Below are positions 15,665 to 29,048 of a stretch of 64,000 bases of DNA, in pieces. This stretch comes from the human T2T-CHM13v2.0 reference genome, Homo sapiens, in NCBI RefSeq assembly GCF_009914755.1, contig NC_060940.1; one strand, written 5' to 3'. How positions within the stretch are numbered: the first letter of the stretch is position 1; each line of letters opens with the position of its first letter. Both the position numbers and the translations under genes were made by a program. The notes under the pieces are model-generated. The model was not told the DNA's origin and made no database searches. It worked only from the letters and a program-made list of their open reading frames with translations.

Positions 15665-18145
15665 GAAAATGTCTTACTCCTTGGCCAGCTTGTAATCTCC
15701 ACAACAAAAAGATGTAACTGTAGGAGATGACAGAAACTCCAGGACTCAGAGCAGGGTGCAAAGGTTACCAGGGGATATTCAGGGGATGATCGTAACCCAC
15801 GGGGCCCGCCAACACCCTGACAGGTGGCCTCTGTGGGTTTGCGCATTGTAGGCAGACCTGTGGACAGGTGAAGAGGGCCAGGTTACTTCTCCTGCTCAGC
15901 GAGACTTCTCAGGGGTGCTCTTCGAGGGCCTCCGCTGTTTCTGGCTATAATGTTCTAGAGTTTGCACGTGTGCGGTATCACACGCACACATACACACACC
16001 ATGCTCACATGCAGCACACCCCAACACACACCCTCTTTGTACAGTGAGCTCATTGTGAGTTGGTTGCCTTTCTGAATACTGAGCTCAACAGGGTTTTTAC
16101 GAGGTCAGGTTTAGGGGATTTTATGTAACAAAATAAACTGAACATTGATAGAGTGAAATATCTTTCTTTAAAAGGCTGGGCTTAAAATGGCAAACGAAAA
16201 CAAGACCGCACATCCTCAAAGTGGCAGAAGGAGGCAGAAAATCAGCTTCCTGCATTTCTTGATGAATTCAGCTGCAGGACCTCAAACAGAGAGGATGAGC
16301 TTTTCTTTTCTTCTACATTTTTGTCTTCTCTTTTTAAAAATAAGAATGAATCATGCTGAGAGAGATTTCTCTACCAAGAGCTCTTCTACTGGATGGATTC
16401 CAAAGGAATGTCAACTCGAAATCTGGGCTCACTGGTGAGAAGGGGGCTGGTTGGGTGACAGCCTCCCATCCCATCCTTTTTCTTCCATTCCACCCGCCTG
16501 GGCAATTGCATGTGGTTCCAGCCCTTGGTCCTGGAGAAGAGCCCAGGGCGGTGTCAGGGGAGCTGCCATCAAACCTGCAGCCTCGTTCGCCGGTCTTCAC
16601 CAGCCGTGCTGCCCGCCCCACCTGTGAAAGCAGGGGAGTGAGGCTGCCGGGAGGATGAAATGCGACGGCTCACAGAGGTCGCAGCCCACGCCCAGCTGCG
16701 GGAGGGCCTGTCGAGTCCCCGATCAGGAAGGCCCACGTCCAGATGCCTTGGAGATGCCCCGGGTTTTCATCTTGGAGGCATCTCAGATGTAAAATGGCCA
16801 AACGGGCCCTCTGGGCTCTGCCCAGGCCTGCTCTTCCTCTCCTCCTCCATGGCTCTGAAAAGGGCACCCCACCCTCCACCTCCCAGAGTTGTCTTTGTTG
16901 AACTCCCCCGTCCAGCCCTCCTTGAGTGTGGACCGTGCAGCCTTCCATGGGCACCCAAGAAGCTCCACAGCCTCCACACCTGAGCCAAGCTCCATCCTCT
17001 CCTTCCGGAGGACAGAGCCAGCTGCTTCCCTCGTCCCCCGCCACCTGCAGTCCCCGTCCCACCGTGGCCTGGGTCATGGCTTTCCATCACCCTTGGAATC
17101 GAATCCAGAGGGCTTCTCTGGGCTCCCACAGACGTGCACGATCCAGGACCTGCTCCCTTGCTCCGCTTTTCCCCTTCCCCTTCCCGCCCCCCATGGCCAC
17201 CCTGGCCCTCTCTGTCCTCCTGACCTTCCGCAGGGGTTCCTGCACCCATGGTGTTCCCCCCTGTCTGGCAAGCTCTTCCCTGGTAGCTTCTTCTGTCCTC
17301 AGAGGGGTCTTTCCTGAGCAGCCAATCGAAGCCTCACCCCATAGTCTCCCTGAGTTGATTTCCCGTGGTTCTCAGCGCCCTCCGAGGCCATCGCACTGAT
17401 TTCCTCATTACCCACCCCCACCCTCACAAGCTGGGAGGGCACGGACCCGCCCCATTCTGTTCCCTGATGTACCCTCTGTGCACGCACCCTGCGGGCATGC
17501 AGCAGGTGCTCGGAAACGCCGATGGAATGAACCAGCGCGCATCACAGAAAGAGCTAAGGGACCTCCACACCTGCTCCTGTCGGAAGACGGTTGGGCGGCA
17601 GACACAAAAGGAGGCAGAGACCCCACCGCAGCCTCGGGTCCTGTTCCTCAGGCCAGGACGCCCCACTCCGGGAGACCATATGGAAGACCGGTGGCCAGCA
17701 CTTTGGATGCGGTTGAAGACAGATGTGCTTTTCGCGTAAGTGCTTTGAGCGCAGAGTTTCCCTTCAAGCCCTGACTCCCTCTTTGGTACAATGGGGAATC
17801 GTGACCGCCTTCTGGGGTGAGGCTCAGGTGATCCTCAAGTCTTGGATACCTACAGATTCAGGGATCTGCAGGCCGGCCACAGCCAGCAGGCCGGGGTTGT
17901 TCCCAGCACGGCCGCCCGCATTCTGCCTCCTCCAGAGTGAGTATCCGGGCAGTTTCCTGGGGAGACCTGGGTTCCCATTTGTATCACAATGACAACAGCT
18001 AGTTTCTGGCACCTAAAGCAGGACCACAGCTTCATAAAACTACCTCTTCGATAATAGAGAGGAGAGAGGGATAAATACTTCAAAATGGTGTTCCAGGACA
18101 AGATGACCAACAGGTTTTGAGAACGGAGGTTTCAGAAACTATCTG

Positions 18146-18452
18146 AGCCAGGCACGGTGGCTTACACTTACAATCTCAGCACTTCGGGGAGCTGAGGTGG
18201 GAGGATCACTCGAGCCCAGGTGTTCAAGATCACCCGGGGCAATAACAAGACCTCAGCTTTACTAAAAATTGTAAAAATATTACCCAGGCATGGTGGCACA
18301 TGCCTGTCATCCCAGCTTCTCAGGAGGCTGAGGTGGCAGGATCACTTGAACCCAGAAGGTTGAGGTTGTAGTGAGCTGAGATTGCACCACTGCATTCCAG
18401 CCTGGGCAACAGAGTGAGACCTTGTCTCGAAAAAAAATAAAAAAAAAAAAAC
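18146..18452 (+). mobile_element. AluJ
   Basis: ggaggatcactcgagcccagg and gcaggatcacttgaacccagaagg are J-type. Confidence 0.9.
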
Positions 18453-18691
18453 AAGCAAAGATTCCATGTCACACCGATTAGGACGGCTGTTCTGAAAGAG
18501 GCAGGGAATAACACATGTTGGCAAGGACGCAGAGAGGACAGAATCCTTGTGCACAGTTGGCGGGAAAGGAAAATAGTGCAGCCACAGTGAAAAACACTCT
18601 GAGGTTCCTCAAAAAATTAGACAGTTGCCATATGACCCAGCAATTCCACTCTTAGGTATATACCTACAGGAGCTAAAAGCAGAGTCTTGGG

Positions 18692-19014
18692 ATTTTTTTT
18701 TTCTTTTTCTTTTTCTTTTTTTTTTTTTTTTGCAATGGAGTCTCACTCTGTTGACCAGGCTGGAGTGCAGCAGCATGATCTCAGCTCACTGCAACCTCTG
18801 CCACCTGAGTTCAACTGATCCTCCTGCCTCAGCCTCCTGAGTAGCTGGGACTGCAGGTGTGTACCACCAGGCCTGGCTGATTTTTTGTATTTTTAGTAGA
18901 GACGGGGTTTCACCATGTTGGCCAGGATGGTCTCGAACGCCTGACCTCAAATGATCCACCTGCCTCACCCTCCCAAAGTGCTGGGATTACAAGTGTGAAC
19001 CACTGCACCTGGAC
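18692..19014 (-). mobile_element. AluS
   Basis: Reverse Alu body with T-rich tail. Confidence 0.92.
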
Positions 19015-19232
19015 TTGGAGAGATTTTTGCATACCCACATTCAGAGCAGCACAATTCACAATAGCTAAAAGGTGGAAGCAATCCAAGTATCCGTTGACAG
19101 ATAAATGAGTCAACAAAATGTGGTCCATCCATAGAGTGGAATATTACGCGGCCTTAAAAAAGACGGAAATCCTGACCCATGCTCCAACATAGATGAGCCC
19201 TGAGGGCATTATGCTCAGTGAAATAAGCCAGG

Positions 19233-19570
19233 CACACACACCCACACACACACACTCCCACACCCCCACACCCACACACACACACCCCCACACACACCCC
19301 CACACCCACACACCCACACACCACACACACACACCCCCACACCCACCCCACACACCCACACACCCACACACCACACACACACCCACACACACCCATACCC
19401 ACACCCACACACACCCACACACCCACACCCACACCCCACACACACTCACACCCCCCACACACCCACACACCCACACACACACCCACACACCCCCACACAC
19501 ATAACCACACACCCAGACACACCTCCCCACACACACACACCCACACACACACACCCACACACACACACAC
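19233..19570. repeat. Irregular (C1-6A)n low-complexity tract
   Basis: ~340 bp composed almost only of C and A. Confidence 0.95.
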
Positions 19571-20804
19571 AATACTGTACAACTGCACATATACGAGGTG
19601 CCTAGAGTAGTCAGATTCATGGAGACAGAAAGAATGGTGGGTGCCAGGGCTGGGAGAGGATGCATGGGAAGTGTTGACTTAGCGTTTAATGGGACAGAAT
19701 TTCAGTTTGGGAAGATAGAAAAATTCTGGAGATGGATGGTAGTGATGGATACAAAACAATATGAATAAAAATGGTTTAAACGGTGATAACAAGTATATTT
19801 TGCTGCAATTATATAAAAGTCTGGCAGCCACTAGCACCTGTGTAGGGTGTCACCCTTGCCACCTTCCACGCGTGTGGAGCCCGCCTTGCAGAGGAGGAGT
19901 TATGAAAGGAGACAGGTAGATGGGGCAGGTGCTGGGTGCAGGGCCAGGCTGGGCCGGGCCCTGCCTCTGTTCCATCTGTCTGCAGCCCAGGTGCCATCTT
20001 CAGAAAGCCCAAGGTCACCCCGGGGACAGGCTCCTCCACACAGAGTCTTGCAGCTGCCAAGGCCTCACCCCCAGAGACACTGGGAAGATAAGAAGAGGTG
20101 TAACTTCACCTGAAAGCTGCCAGGGCTCAGACGCACTTCAAAGGCAAGACTCTGGGAGGAGGCCCCGGAGCAGGAAGAGGCGTGAAGGGGATGATCGTGT
20201 TCCACCAGAGTGAAAAGGGCATTGCAGGGAGAAGCTGATGGGTTCATGGGGATGGTAACTGTCTCCCTGGAAGCCCCAAGAGGGTGAGGTGAGCTCTCAG
20301 AGCTCAGGGGAGGTGAGTGAGAAGGGCCCCTCAAACCCCAAAATCCAACAGCGGAAGCAGCAGGGCGGCAATGCAAGGGCCCCAGGTGGAAAGTGTGCAG
20401 CCTGCCTCCTGGAAAGGGCATGCAGTGCCCCGGGAATTCCACGCACATTCCAGGAAAAAAGAATGAGGATGAGAATCAAAATCCCCCAGCGGTAACTCTT
20501 CCTGCAAAGAAGTAAACCCCCAAATTTCCTGAAGGTGCCCCTCGCCGCCAAACTCAATGCCTTCTCACTAAATGGCAAAGGAAAGTAGGATTTCTTCTCT
20601 TGGATTGGATCTTAGTTTTTTAAAAATGCACCTTTGGAAACAAACTCTAAAAGCATCTCAGGAGGGCCCACTCCTCCCGGGAAGCAATCCTGATTTTACC
20701 AGGGATGCTCGCAAGACTGCAGGGCCCTATTGCTCCTGCTGCCCCGACCCCTGACCAGCGGGGACAGGAGCTGGTGGGCACCTTCAGGAAGTCCAGGTGG
20801 GGGA

Positions 20805-21190
20805 GCCCAAGGTGCTGGGATGTGAGGGACAGACAATCACTGCCCTCATGGAGCTGTTCACACAGCGGATGAGGTTGACACAATCCAGAGGGAGCACCCA
20901 GTAATGGGGGTCCCGAGTTCAGAGAGCAGAGGGCTTCCTGGTGGAGGTGACACTGAAGCCTAGAGCGGAAGGGTGGTAATGACCAGATGAGGAGCTCACT
21001 CTCTGTTTCGGGGGTGAGTGTTGAGAGAGGGAGAACAGCACAGGTAGAGGTGAGATGGGGTTGGGGTGTAGTAGGGCCCACTGATGGCTTCAAACTGCAT
21101 GGGTCTTGAGGACCCAGGGAAGACTTGAATGGTTTAAACAAAGAAGAGAATTGGTGTTGGATCATTCAAAGCCATGCTTAACTCTGTGAA
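20805..21190 (-). mobile_element. L2 fragment
   Basis: ctgccctcatggagct, agggcttcctggtggaggtgacactgaag and gggagaacagcaca are reverse L2 motifs. Confidence 0.6.
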
Positions 21191-21227
21191 ACACTAAGTG
21201 GTTTAACCTTTCTTTAAACCCTGCTGT

Positions 21228-21571
<344 letters not shown>

Positions 21572-21712
21572 TCAGGGAGCCCCGTCCAAACTGTGGGATG
21601 GTCCTGGACAAGGCGATGCAGCATGGCCCAGGGTCCTGGCAGTGAGATACAGAGGTGGACCAGACTGAGAGAGGCTTGGGGGAGGGGCTTCATGAGTCTT
21701 CCCTAAAGTGCC

Positions 21713-22076
21713 TGATAGGGTTTGGCTGTGTCCCCACCCAAATCTCATCTTACATTGTAGCTCCCGTAATCCTCATGTGTCATGGGAGGGACCCAGTGGG
21801 AGGTAATTAAATCATGGGGGTGGGTTTTTCCCTTGCTGTTCTCATGACAGTGAATAAGTCTCACGAGATCTGATGGTTTTATAAAGCACAGCTCCTCTGC
21901 ACATGCTCTCTTGCCTGCCGCCATGTAAGACATGCTTTTGCTCCTCCTTTGCCTTTTGCCATGATTGTGAGGCCTCCCCAGCCATGTGGAACTGTGAGTC
22001 CGTTAAACCTCTTTTTCTTTATAAATTACCCAGTCTTGGGTATTTCTTCATAGCAGTATGAAAATGGACTAATATA
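21713..22076 (+). mobile_element. THE1B-like MaLR solo LTR
   Basis: tgatagggtttggctgtgtccccacccaaatctcatc...ttcatagcagtatgaaaatggactaatata, ~364 bp. Confidence 0.93.
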
Positions 22077-23049
22077 TGCCTTATCGGAATTTTAAATTTT
22101 TTTTGGCCAATGTCTGCATTCTTTCTTAGAAAATGGGCCAATTTTCTAAAATATCATGTCTTAAAAAATGAGTCATGAATTCTGGAAGAAAAGGGAGGCG
22201 ATGTGGGCAAAAAGAACACGCTAAGACCTAGGTTCGAGTCCCATCTCTTCTGCCAGAGCTTTTGTAAGGATGGTGCTTGGGAATGTCGAATTAATCACAT
22301 CACCTCTCCTCTAGGATAGAAAACCACAGAGCACAGATTCGAGGAACCACGAGGATCAACGTCCAGAACCCTCTTTGTTGCTGGGGAACCTAGATCTTGA
22401 TCTGTAATGGCCCTGACCTCACCAGCCAGCGGCAGGCACACACGCCCCTGCATCCTCCGACCGTGGATGCCCCTGGCTGTGTGTTAAGGTGGAACTCCTG
22501 GCCCAGGGAGCACCAGGCTGACCTGCCAGATAAGCCACCCCTCCTTCCCCATGGGAAGAAGCCTGTGAAGCCTGAGGGTGGCTGGAGGCCAGTGCTGCAA
22601 TTCCTAGCGTGTGTGCTCAAGAGAGGAAAGTGGACATCCCTGCATGGGAGAACAGACGGAGTGGTAGGGTCCCCAAATAGTTGTGCCTTACCTCGGCGAT
22701 TCTGATTTGGCATCTGTGTGTAGCAGGCTCCAGGGGGCATTTTGGGGGTACAGCCATGTAGGTATGAATGGGGTGGTTCAGAGAGCCGTGGCTGCAGCAG
22801 GAGCTTGGCCCTGTGACCGGGGAAGCTCCTCACCTTTCTCATCCTGTGTCCTTAGGAAGACAAGGTGAGTGAAGTTTGACCTTCCCATTGTGAAGGCCAA
22901 GGTCAGTTTGTAACCCACTGAGTCTGAGGCAGCACTGGGGGCTGAACAGACCTGTGGGAGGCAGTGGGAGAAGTAGGGGCTGCGCTCCAGAGCCAAGCGG
23001 CAGCTCGGGAGGACTCTGGCTCATCGGTGTCAGCTGATGGCTCCCCAGA

Positions 23050-23240
23050 TGGAGAGACAGTCTGGGCCTGGAGTTGGGCAGCCTGGATTCACATCCCACC
23101 TCCGCCCCATACAGGAACCACTGTAGGAGCTGGGGGCGGGTGATTTCACCCTGCTGGCCTCAGTTTCCCCAACTGTAAGTGAGGAATAAGAGCAACATCC
23201 ACTTCCTGGAGTTGTGAGGAGCACATGAGCTGCACGCGGA
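23050..23240 (+). mobile_element. MIR fragment
   Basis: gcctcagtttccccaactgtaag..gagttgtgagg core. Confidence 0.65.
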
Positions 23241-25159
23241 GTGGGCCTCGACAGCTATCAACCCCGTAGTTCCCCTTATTGATCAGCACTGTGCGGAATA
23301 TTCTGGAATCGAGAGATATTAGAGTGTAGGAGGAAGTGTGCAGCCCGGCGTGGCCTCGTCAATTTTGAGTGGGTGCCAAAAGCACCTCTGATTTAACTCT
23401 GCGAAACACTAAGGGGTACAACCTTTCTTTAAATAAACTCCCTACTCCACTGCGGCATGCTCCTGAATCCGTCCTGGCTTCGAGCAGAACCAAGTGAGCG
23501 CCGTCCATTCATGCCCTTCGTGGAGTGCGTGACTGCAGTGATACCTCGAAGTGTCAGATGTGAGCGTAGGGCTTCGAGAGACAGCTGCTGACATCCTGGC
23601 TCGATAAAGACGCTGCCTTTTGGGTTACTCAGTTACTGGAATTTTCCACCTTCTGCCAAAGCCTGTCAAGTCAGGACACATCTCATTTGAAGAAAGCAAG
23701 GGTTTTACATGAAAACGCCAACGCAGCCTTTCATGGGCATAAACAAGGGCCACTGTCCTCTGGCATACCTGTGGACCGGCGACGTGGCCTGAGAGCCATG
23801 CGTGTTCACAGTGCTCCCTCTTTTCACGCACAGAAACTTACTGGAAATCCAGATATGAAACAGTGCAATCCCAAGGAGAGGCTCGTGGATTGCAGGCCGT
23901 CTACACCAAATGCGCTCTGCACGGCCCCGTGACGGAAACCCAGGCTGCTGAGTCAGACGTGACCGGAGAAGACAGCCAGCGTTCAGGGACCCGATATTCA
24001 GGGAGTTGTGGGCTCTAAGACTCGTTCTCCTGGGTCGGAGGATTCTGGCAAATGACTTCCACCAACGCCATTTGAATTTCCCATGTCTTTTATCACATCT
24101 CATACTCTACTTTCTGTCATTAGATTCTTATTCCACGGCTGAATGAGACACTTCTACACTGAAGTGTATGGACTCTGATTTCGGAAGGCCAAGTACAAAG
24201 CAGACAGGCTTTATGTGAGCAACATAAACACTGATGTTCCTTAGGGTCCCATTTTCACTGAAGCTCACCCTTCTCCTCCCAGCCATCCCTGCTTTCTGGA
24301 CATTTTGAAGGCCATGATTGAAAGCTGCAGCCACTACCAAAGAGAAATGTTTCACTTAACGATGTCCCAGCGAAAAGTGGTGGGAAATCTAGGTACAGTG
24401 TTAACACGACTTTTAACGCTCTCTCGTGAGAGGCACAGACACAGTGAGCCCAGGTGAGTTCAGGGCCCTAATGATGTCACCAAGGCCCAGGTGTGTCCAG
24501 ACTCGGTGTGACGGCACTTCGTCCTCAGGCTATAGGAAGGGGCCGCAGACTCGAGCATCTCAACCTCTCAAGACAGCATCCAAAGCCAGCGTGGGGCATG
24601 GGGCCTGTCTTTGCATTTTCCGGAAGGAGACGTCCCCTTATGTCGACTTGGGCCAAAAGACCCTTCCTCAGTGGACCCCTGGACCCCACCATAGGTGCCG
24701 TGGTAGCTCCCCTGCCGTGCCTCTGGACCCCTGTGACTGGATGCGTTACCTGGCCTCCTGCCATGGGTGCTGTGGTAGCTCCTGGAAGAGGAGCATGTTG
24801 CATTTGCAGCCTGTGTCACGGGAGGCCGACTGTCTGTGTGCAAGAACGGAAGGGCTGGCTGTGGGGAGACGACTCATGCCATCTGCTGTGGGAAGCCCCT
24901 GGTGGGGATTCTGATTGGAAAGCTGTGGCTAGACCCCAGGGCCATCTGAGGACAGGGACAATAGAGCTGGGCTGAGATAGGCTGTCTGTATTTCTCACAG
25001 TGTTCTAACAAGTCAGGACCAGACCTGGAATCCGGGTCTCCCATTTGCTGACTTCTTGTCAGCAATTCCCATATTTTCCCCAATTCGGTTGACTGCAATT
25101 CCCATAAAACCTACAATATAATCATAGTGGAGCATTGTGAAAAGCAATTCAGGGAATTG

Positions 25160-25262
25160 CTTCCTCTCTTCCTTCCTTCCTTCCTTTCTTCCTTCCTTCT
25201 TTCCTTCCTCCTTTCTTCCCTCCTCTCCTCTATCCATTCTTCTCACCTCTCTCCCTCCATCT
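25160..25262. repeat. (TTCC)n-like pyrimidine tract
   Basis: ccttccttccttcctttcttccttcc... Confidence 0.85.
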
Positions 25263-25284
25263 AATTCTTTCAATGTTTAGAGTA

Positions 25285-25460
25285 GCGATTTGACCCAGTT
25301 CTGCCCAATGAGACATAAAAAGTCTGTTTCTGGGGAATATTTTTCCTCCTTATGTAAGGGAGAGACATTCAAAGAGAAGAAGTCTCAGAAGAGGACGTGA
25401 TGCTTGGAGCTGCAGCAGCCATGTTGCAACAATGAGGCAAGATCCCTGGGGATGAAACGT
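25285..25460 (+). mobile_element. Ancient MLT1J/K-like (or LTR16-like) LTR fragment
   Basis: tgacccagttctgcccaatgagacat and gtgatgcttggagctgcagcagccatgttgcaacaatgagg. Confidence 0.55.
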
Positions 25461-26049
25461 TCTGAGCCTTGTGCTGGGGACACACAATGAAAAACAGGCA
25501 CTTTCTGTTCTCCTAGACTCCAAATTCAGTGCAAGAGACAGAGATAAACAGCAATTACAATCTTGTGTGAGTCACTGTAGGGGAAGTACTGGGAGGGAAA
25601 TCAGGGGCAGTTTTGGGGGCGGTGAGGTCCATGCAGAAGCTCGGGGAGGAGGAGATGGTAGCAAGAGAAGAGCGGGCAGAGGGCACAGCCTGAACAGAAG
25701 TGGCATCAAGCAAGCTGACTTCATGTTGGGGGAGTGGCAATGCCTTCAGGGTGGACGCAAGGGAGACCCTTCGGGGAGAAGCAGTGAGCAGTGAAGCTGG
25801 AGAGAAGCAGGGACTGGATGCGGAGGACGGTGGTTCCCCACTCCTTCAGGATCAAGCCCCACTCCGCTCTTTTCTTCCACCCATGCACTGGATATGTGCA
25901 TCCCAGCCCCAGGCCCAAATCTTTAAGGTGCAACAACATAAACTTGTCTGAATGTTAAGGTCTGTTTTCATTTAACCGATCCTTCTGAAAAGTGTAAAGT
26001 TAGAGATCTGATGCAATGATATTCCGTTTGAAAAATCCCGAAAGGCTAA

Positions 26050-26410
26050 TGATAGGGTTTGGCTCCGAGTCCCCACCCAAATCTCGCCTTGAATTGTAAT
26101 AATCCCCACGTGTCAAGGGCAGAGCCAGGTGGGGATCACTGAATCATGGGGGTGGTTTCAGCCATGCGGTTCTCGTGATAGTGAGTGAGTTCTCACGAGA
26201 TCTGATGGTTTTAAAAGCATTGTCTGGCATTTTCTCTGCTGGCGCTTCTTCTCTTGCCTGCTGCCGTGCAAGACACGCCTTTCACTTTCCGCCGTGATCA
26301 TGAGGCCTCCCTAGCTACGTGGAACTGTGAGTCCATTAAACCTCTTTTTCTTTATAAATTACCCAATCTCGGGTATGTGTTTATCCGCAGCGTGAAAACG
26401 GACTAATACA
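26050..26410 (+). mobile_element. THE1 (C-like) MaLR solo LTR
   Basis: tgatagggtttggctc..gaattgtaataatccccacgtgtcaagggc..cgtgaaaacggactaataca. Confidence 0.92.
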
Positions 26411-27649
26411 GCTTCTTACAAATGCACTCACAGAGCAGAGTGCCTGCCCCCCGAGACGGCCTGGTAGCGGCTCCTACGGAGTCCGAGGTGGCCTTTCTGC
26501 CTGTGCCTCCCCACCAGGGCCCTCCGTAAGCACTGACTGGGGTTGGGCAGAGGGCGCTGCAGCCTCGCTCGTCACCCAAGGCGGGCAGAGCCTCCTGGCC
26601 TCTGATAGCGGCTCTGCACTCCTGCGTCCTGTTCTCCATGGTCTGGGGATGACCAGAGGAGGACGACCAGCTCCTCCCTGGCCACCCCTCCTGGCCTCTC
26701 CCTTGCTAAGGAAGGTCAGGCCGTCCAAGGCGGGTAGGGAGATGCATCAGAACTCATGGGCCCCTTGCTGGAGCTGACAGAGCCATCGCTCTTGGAGGCA
26801 GCTGATGATCCAGGCAGCCCTGTGCCACCACCACGCCACGCTCAGCACTCCTGCAGCCACCAGCAAGCAGGGCTCATGGCAGAAAAACTCCCAGAACACA
26901 CTGTTGACAATTGGAGAAGAAAACGCCTGAAAGAGCACCGGTCATGGACAGGGCCATGGACCAGTCTCCAAACACTTTTCCTGTGCCAAGGTGGGGCAGA
27001 GGAGGCTGGAGGGGTGCTCAGAGCTGTCCAAAGGAACAAAGGGATGGGGACAGGTTGGCAGAGCCCCCTCCCGCATGGCGTCATCTGCTGCCCCTTCCTT
27101 CAGATGGAGCAGGAAGGGGGCAGTGAAGGAAGTGGAAACTGCACACCGCACACCAACTCAGCTTTTTGCTGCTTGGAGCTCAATTCTTTGCTAACTTTGG
27201 ATATCCCAGAAGAGAGGGGTTTTTTGTCAAGACATTAAAGACATTATTTTTGAAGGGAAACAAGACAGGCTATTCATGAACAGCAGGGAAGCAGCCTGTT
27301 TCGGGGCCCGGCACTCCCGCTGTGCCCGTTAATTTGATTTAATGAGATGATGAGGCTGACTTGGGGCATCCATTCTCGGCCACTGGGCCCCCACCTTGGT
27401 GCTCGGGAGAGGGCATTAACGCGAGGAACAGCCAAACTTTGAAGCTTTATTTTGTTTCCTCTCTCCTCTCTCCCACCTTCTGCCAATTAACACGGGGGAG
27501 AAATTACATCCAGGTGCAGCCTGTCGCTGGCAACTGCCAGCTACAGCCGTCTTCCTCCCTAAGGGTGAGGGGAAGCAGTGAGGCTGGAGATGGTGGCTTC
27601 AGGGCCCAGAAAGGTGCCAGGTGTGCCACTAACCTGAGTGCCTGATGTC

Positions 27650-28112
27650 TGAGCCATGTGCCCTGGACATCTGGTGTGCTCTCGGGCCACGGGGTTGCTC
27701 CACTCAAGGGCCTTTGTATCTGCTGGTCCTGCAGTGGGAATGCTCTCCCTCCAGAACTCTGTGTGGCTGCCTACTTCTTGTCATCCAGATCTGAGCTCAG
27801 ACGGTACCATCTTCCAGAGGCCTCCCCTGACCACCCACATCTAAACAGAGTCTCCCCAAAATGAATCACCTTCCATCCCTCACCTGGGATTTATTTGTGT
27901 GTTCTTTTTTCTCCATGGCACTTGTCATTACTGAACACACAGTATTTGCTTGGCTGTTTCCTCACTTGTTTCCTGACTCCCACATTAGACTGTTGACTAC
28001 ACACGAGCCGAGACTGTGCATATTCGTTCGCTTCCGTATCCCCAGTACCTGGAGCACCACCAAGCACACAGTAGGAGCTTAATAAGCATGCACTGGGAAA
28101 ATACATGAACGA
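27650..28112 (+). mobile_element. L2a 3' fragment
   Basis: agggcctttgtatctgctg..gaatgctctccctccaga and terminal gcacacagtaggagcttaataagca. Confidence 0.75.
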
Positions 28113-28244
28113 GCAACACTGATTGCACCTGTGCATGCCACACGCCAGGCTCTGTGTTAGATTCCGCACACACACGCACATGTGCATACAACCACAGGCA
28201 CACACACGTGTCTGTCATGGACTTACCTAGCTATTTGCTGAACT

Positions 28245-28380
28245 AACCCTCACAGCAGCTCTTTGAAGAAAAGATCATAAATCCCCTTTTACAGATGGCA
28301 GAGCTGAGGCTCAGAGAGAGGCTATATGACTTCTCAGTCACAGCTGGGGGTTCAGGTCTGGGGCCAGGGCTTCCTGATGC
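28245..28380 (-). mobile_element. MIR fragment
   Basis: ttttacagatggcagagctgaggctcagagag. Confidence 0.75.
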
Positions 28381-28767
28381 CAACATTCCCCTCCTCCCTC
28401 CCGAGCACCCTGCTTCCCCTCCCGTGGGTGCTGTGGCAGCTCACCTGCCCTGCCCCTGGACCCCCGCAGCTGGGTGCATTACCTGGGGCTACGTCCGTGT
28501 TGCCCTGGGCAGGAGTTTCCTTGGCGGGGGCAGGTCTCCTCACAGGGCGACCACGAGGGCACCTGGCAGCTGGTCTCCTGCTGTAAGAGTCATCTCATTG
28601 GTCACTCATCCCATGTGTGAGTGCCCATGGTGGCCTCTGTACCACATGGCTCTGGGCACTGGTCCATGAGGAAAACCCTGGACAAGACCTGCTGCACGGC
28701 AAGAGTAGACGTACATCACGTGCGTCATGTCGCCTTGTGTCTTGGTGACAACCCACTGACCCACTTT

Positions 28768-29048
28768 ACACACATGTACCGGCACATACATATATACACT
28801 TGCACAGATGTACACACAAACCGTGTACACACACATGCACATATGTTCACACATAGAATGCACATCACATATTTGCCCACACAACACACATATACACACA
28901 TGCACAGATATACACATATACATATACGCATGTCTGCACACCACACACTCACACATATACCACATACCACACACACCACATAACACACACATACATGCAC
29001 AAAATGCACACACGTACACACACATATACACATATACACCCACATGCA
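28768..29048. repeat. (CA/TA)-rich low-complexity tract
   Basis: Degenerate cacacata repeats. Confidence 0.9.

Larger units (their letters stand above)
18455..19817 (+). mobile_element. L1MB 3' end interrupted by an Alu and a C/A tract
   Basis: ccatatgacccagcaattccactcttaggtata; aaaaggtggaagcaatccaagtatcc; gtttaatgggacagaatttcagtttgggaagat. Confidence 0.88.

Noticed and set aside
19144-19665. Cys/Val/Gly-rich or His/Thr/Pro-rich ORFs (also 28606-29140)
   Set aside because: Products of C/A low-complexity tracts
24426-24975. Overlapping ~160-aa ORFs (also at 16670-17399, 26756-27238, 49756-50316)
   Set aside because: GC-rich DNA with few stops, mostly non-ATG starts, no recognisable domain, and open frames on both strands
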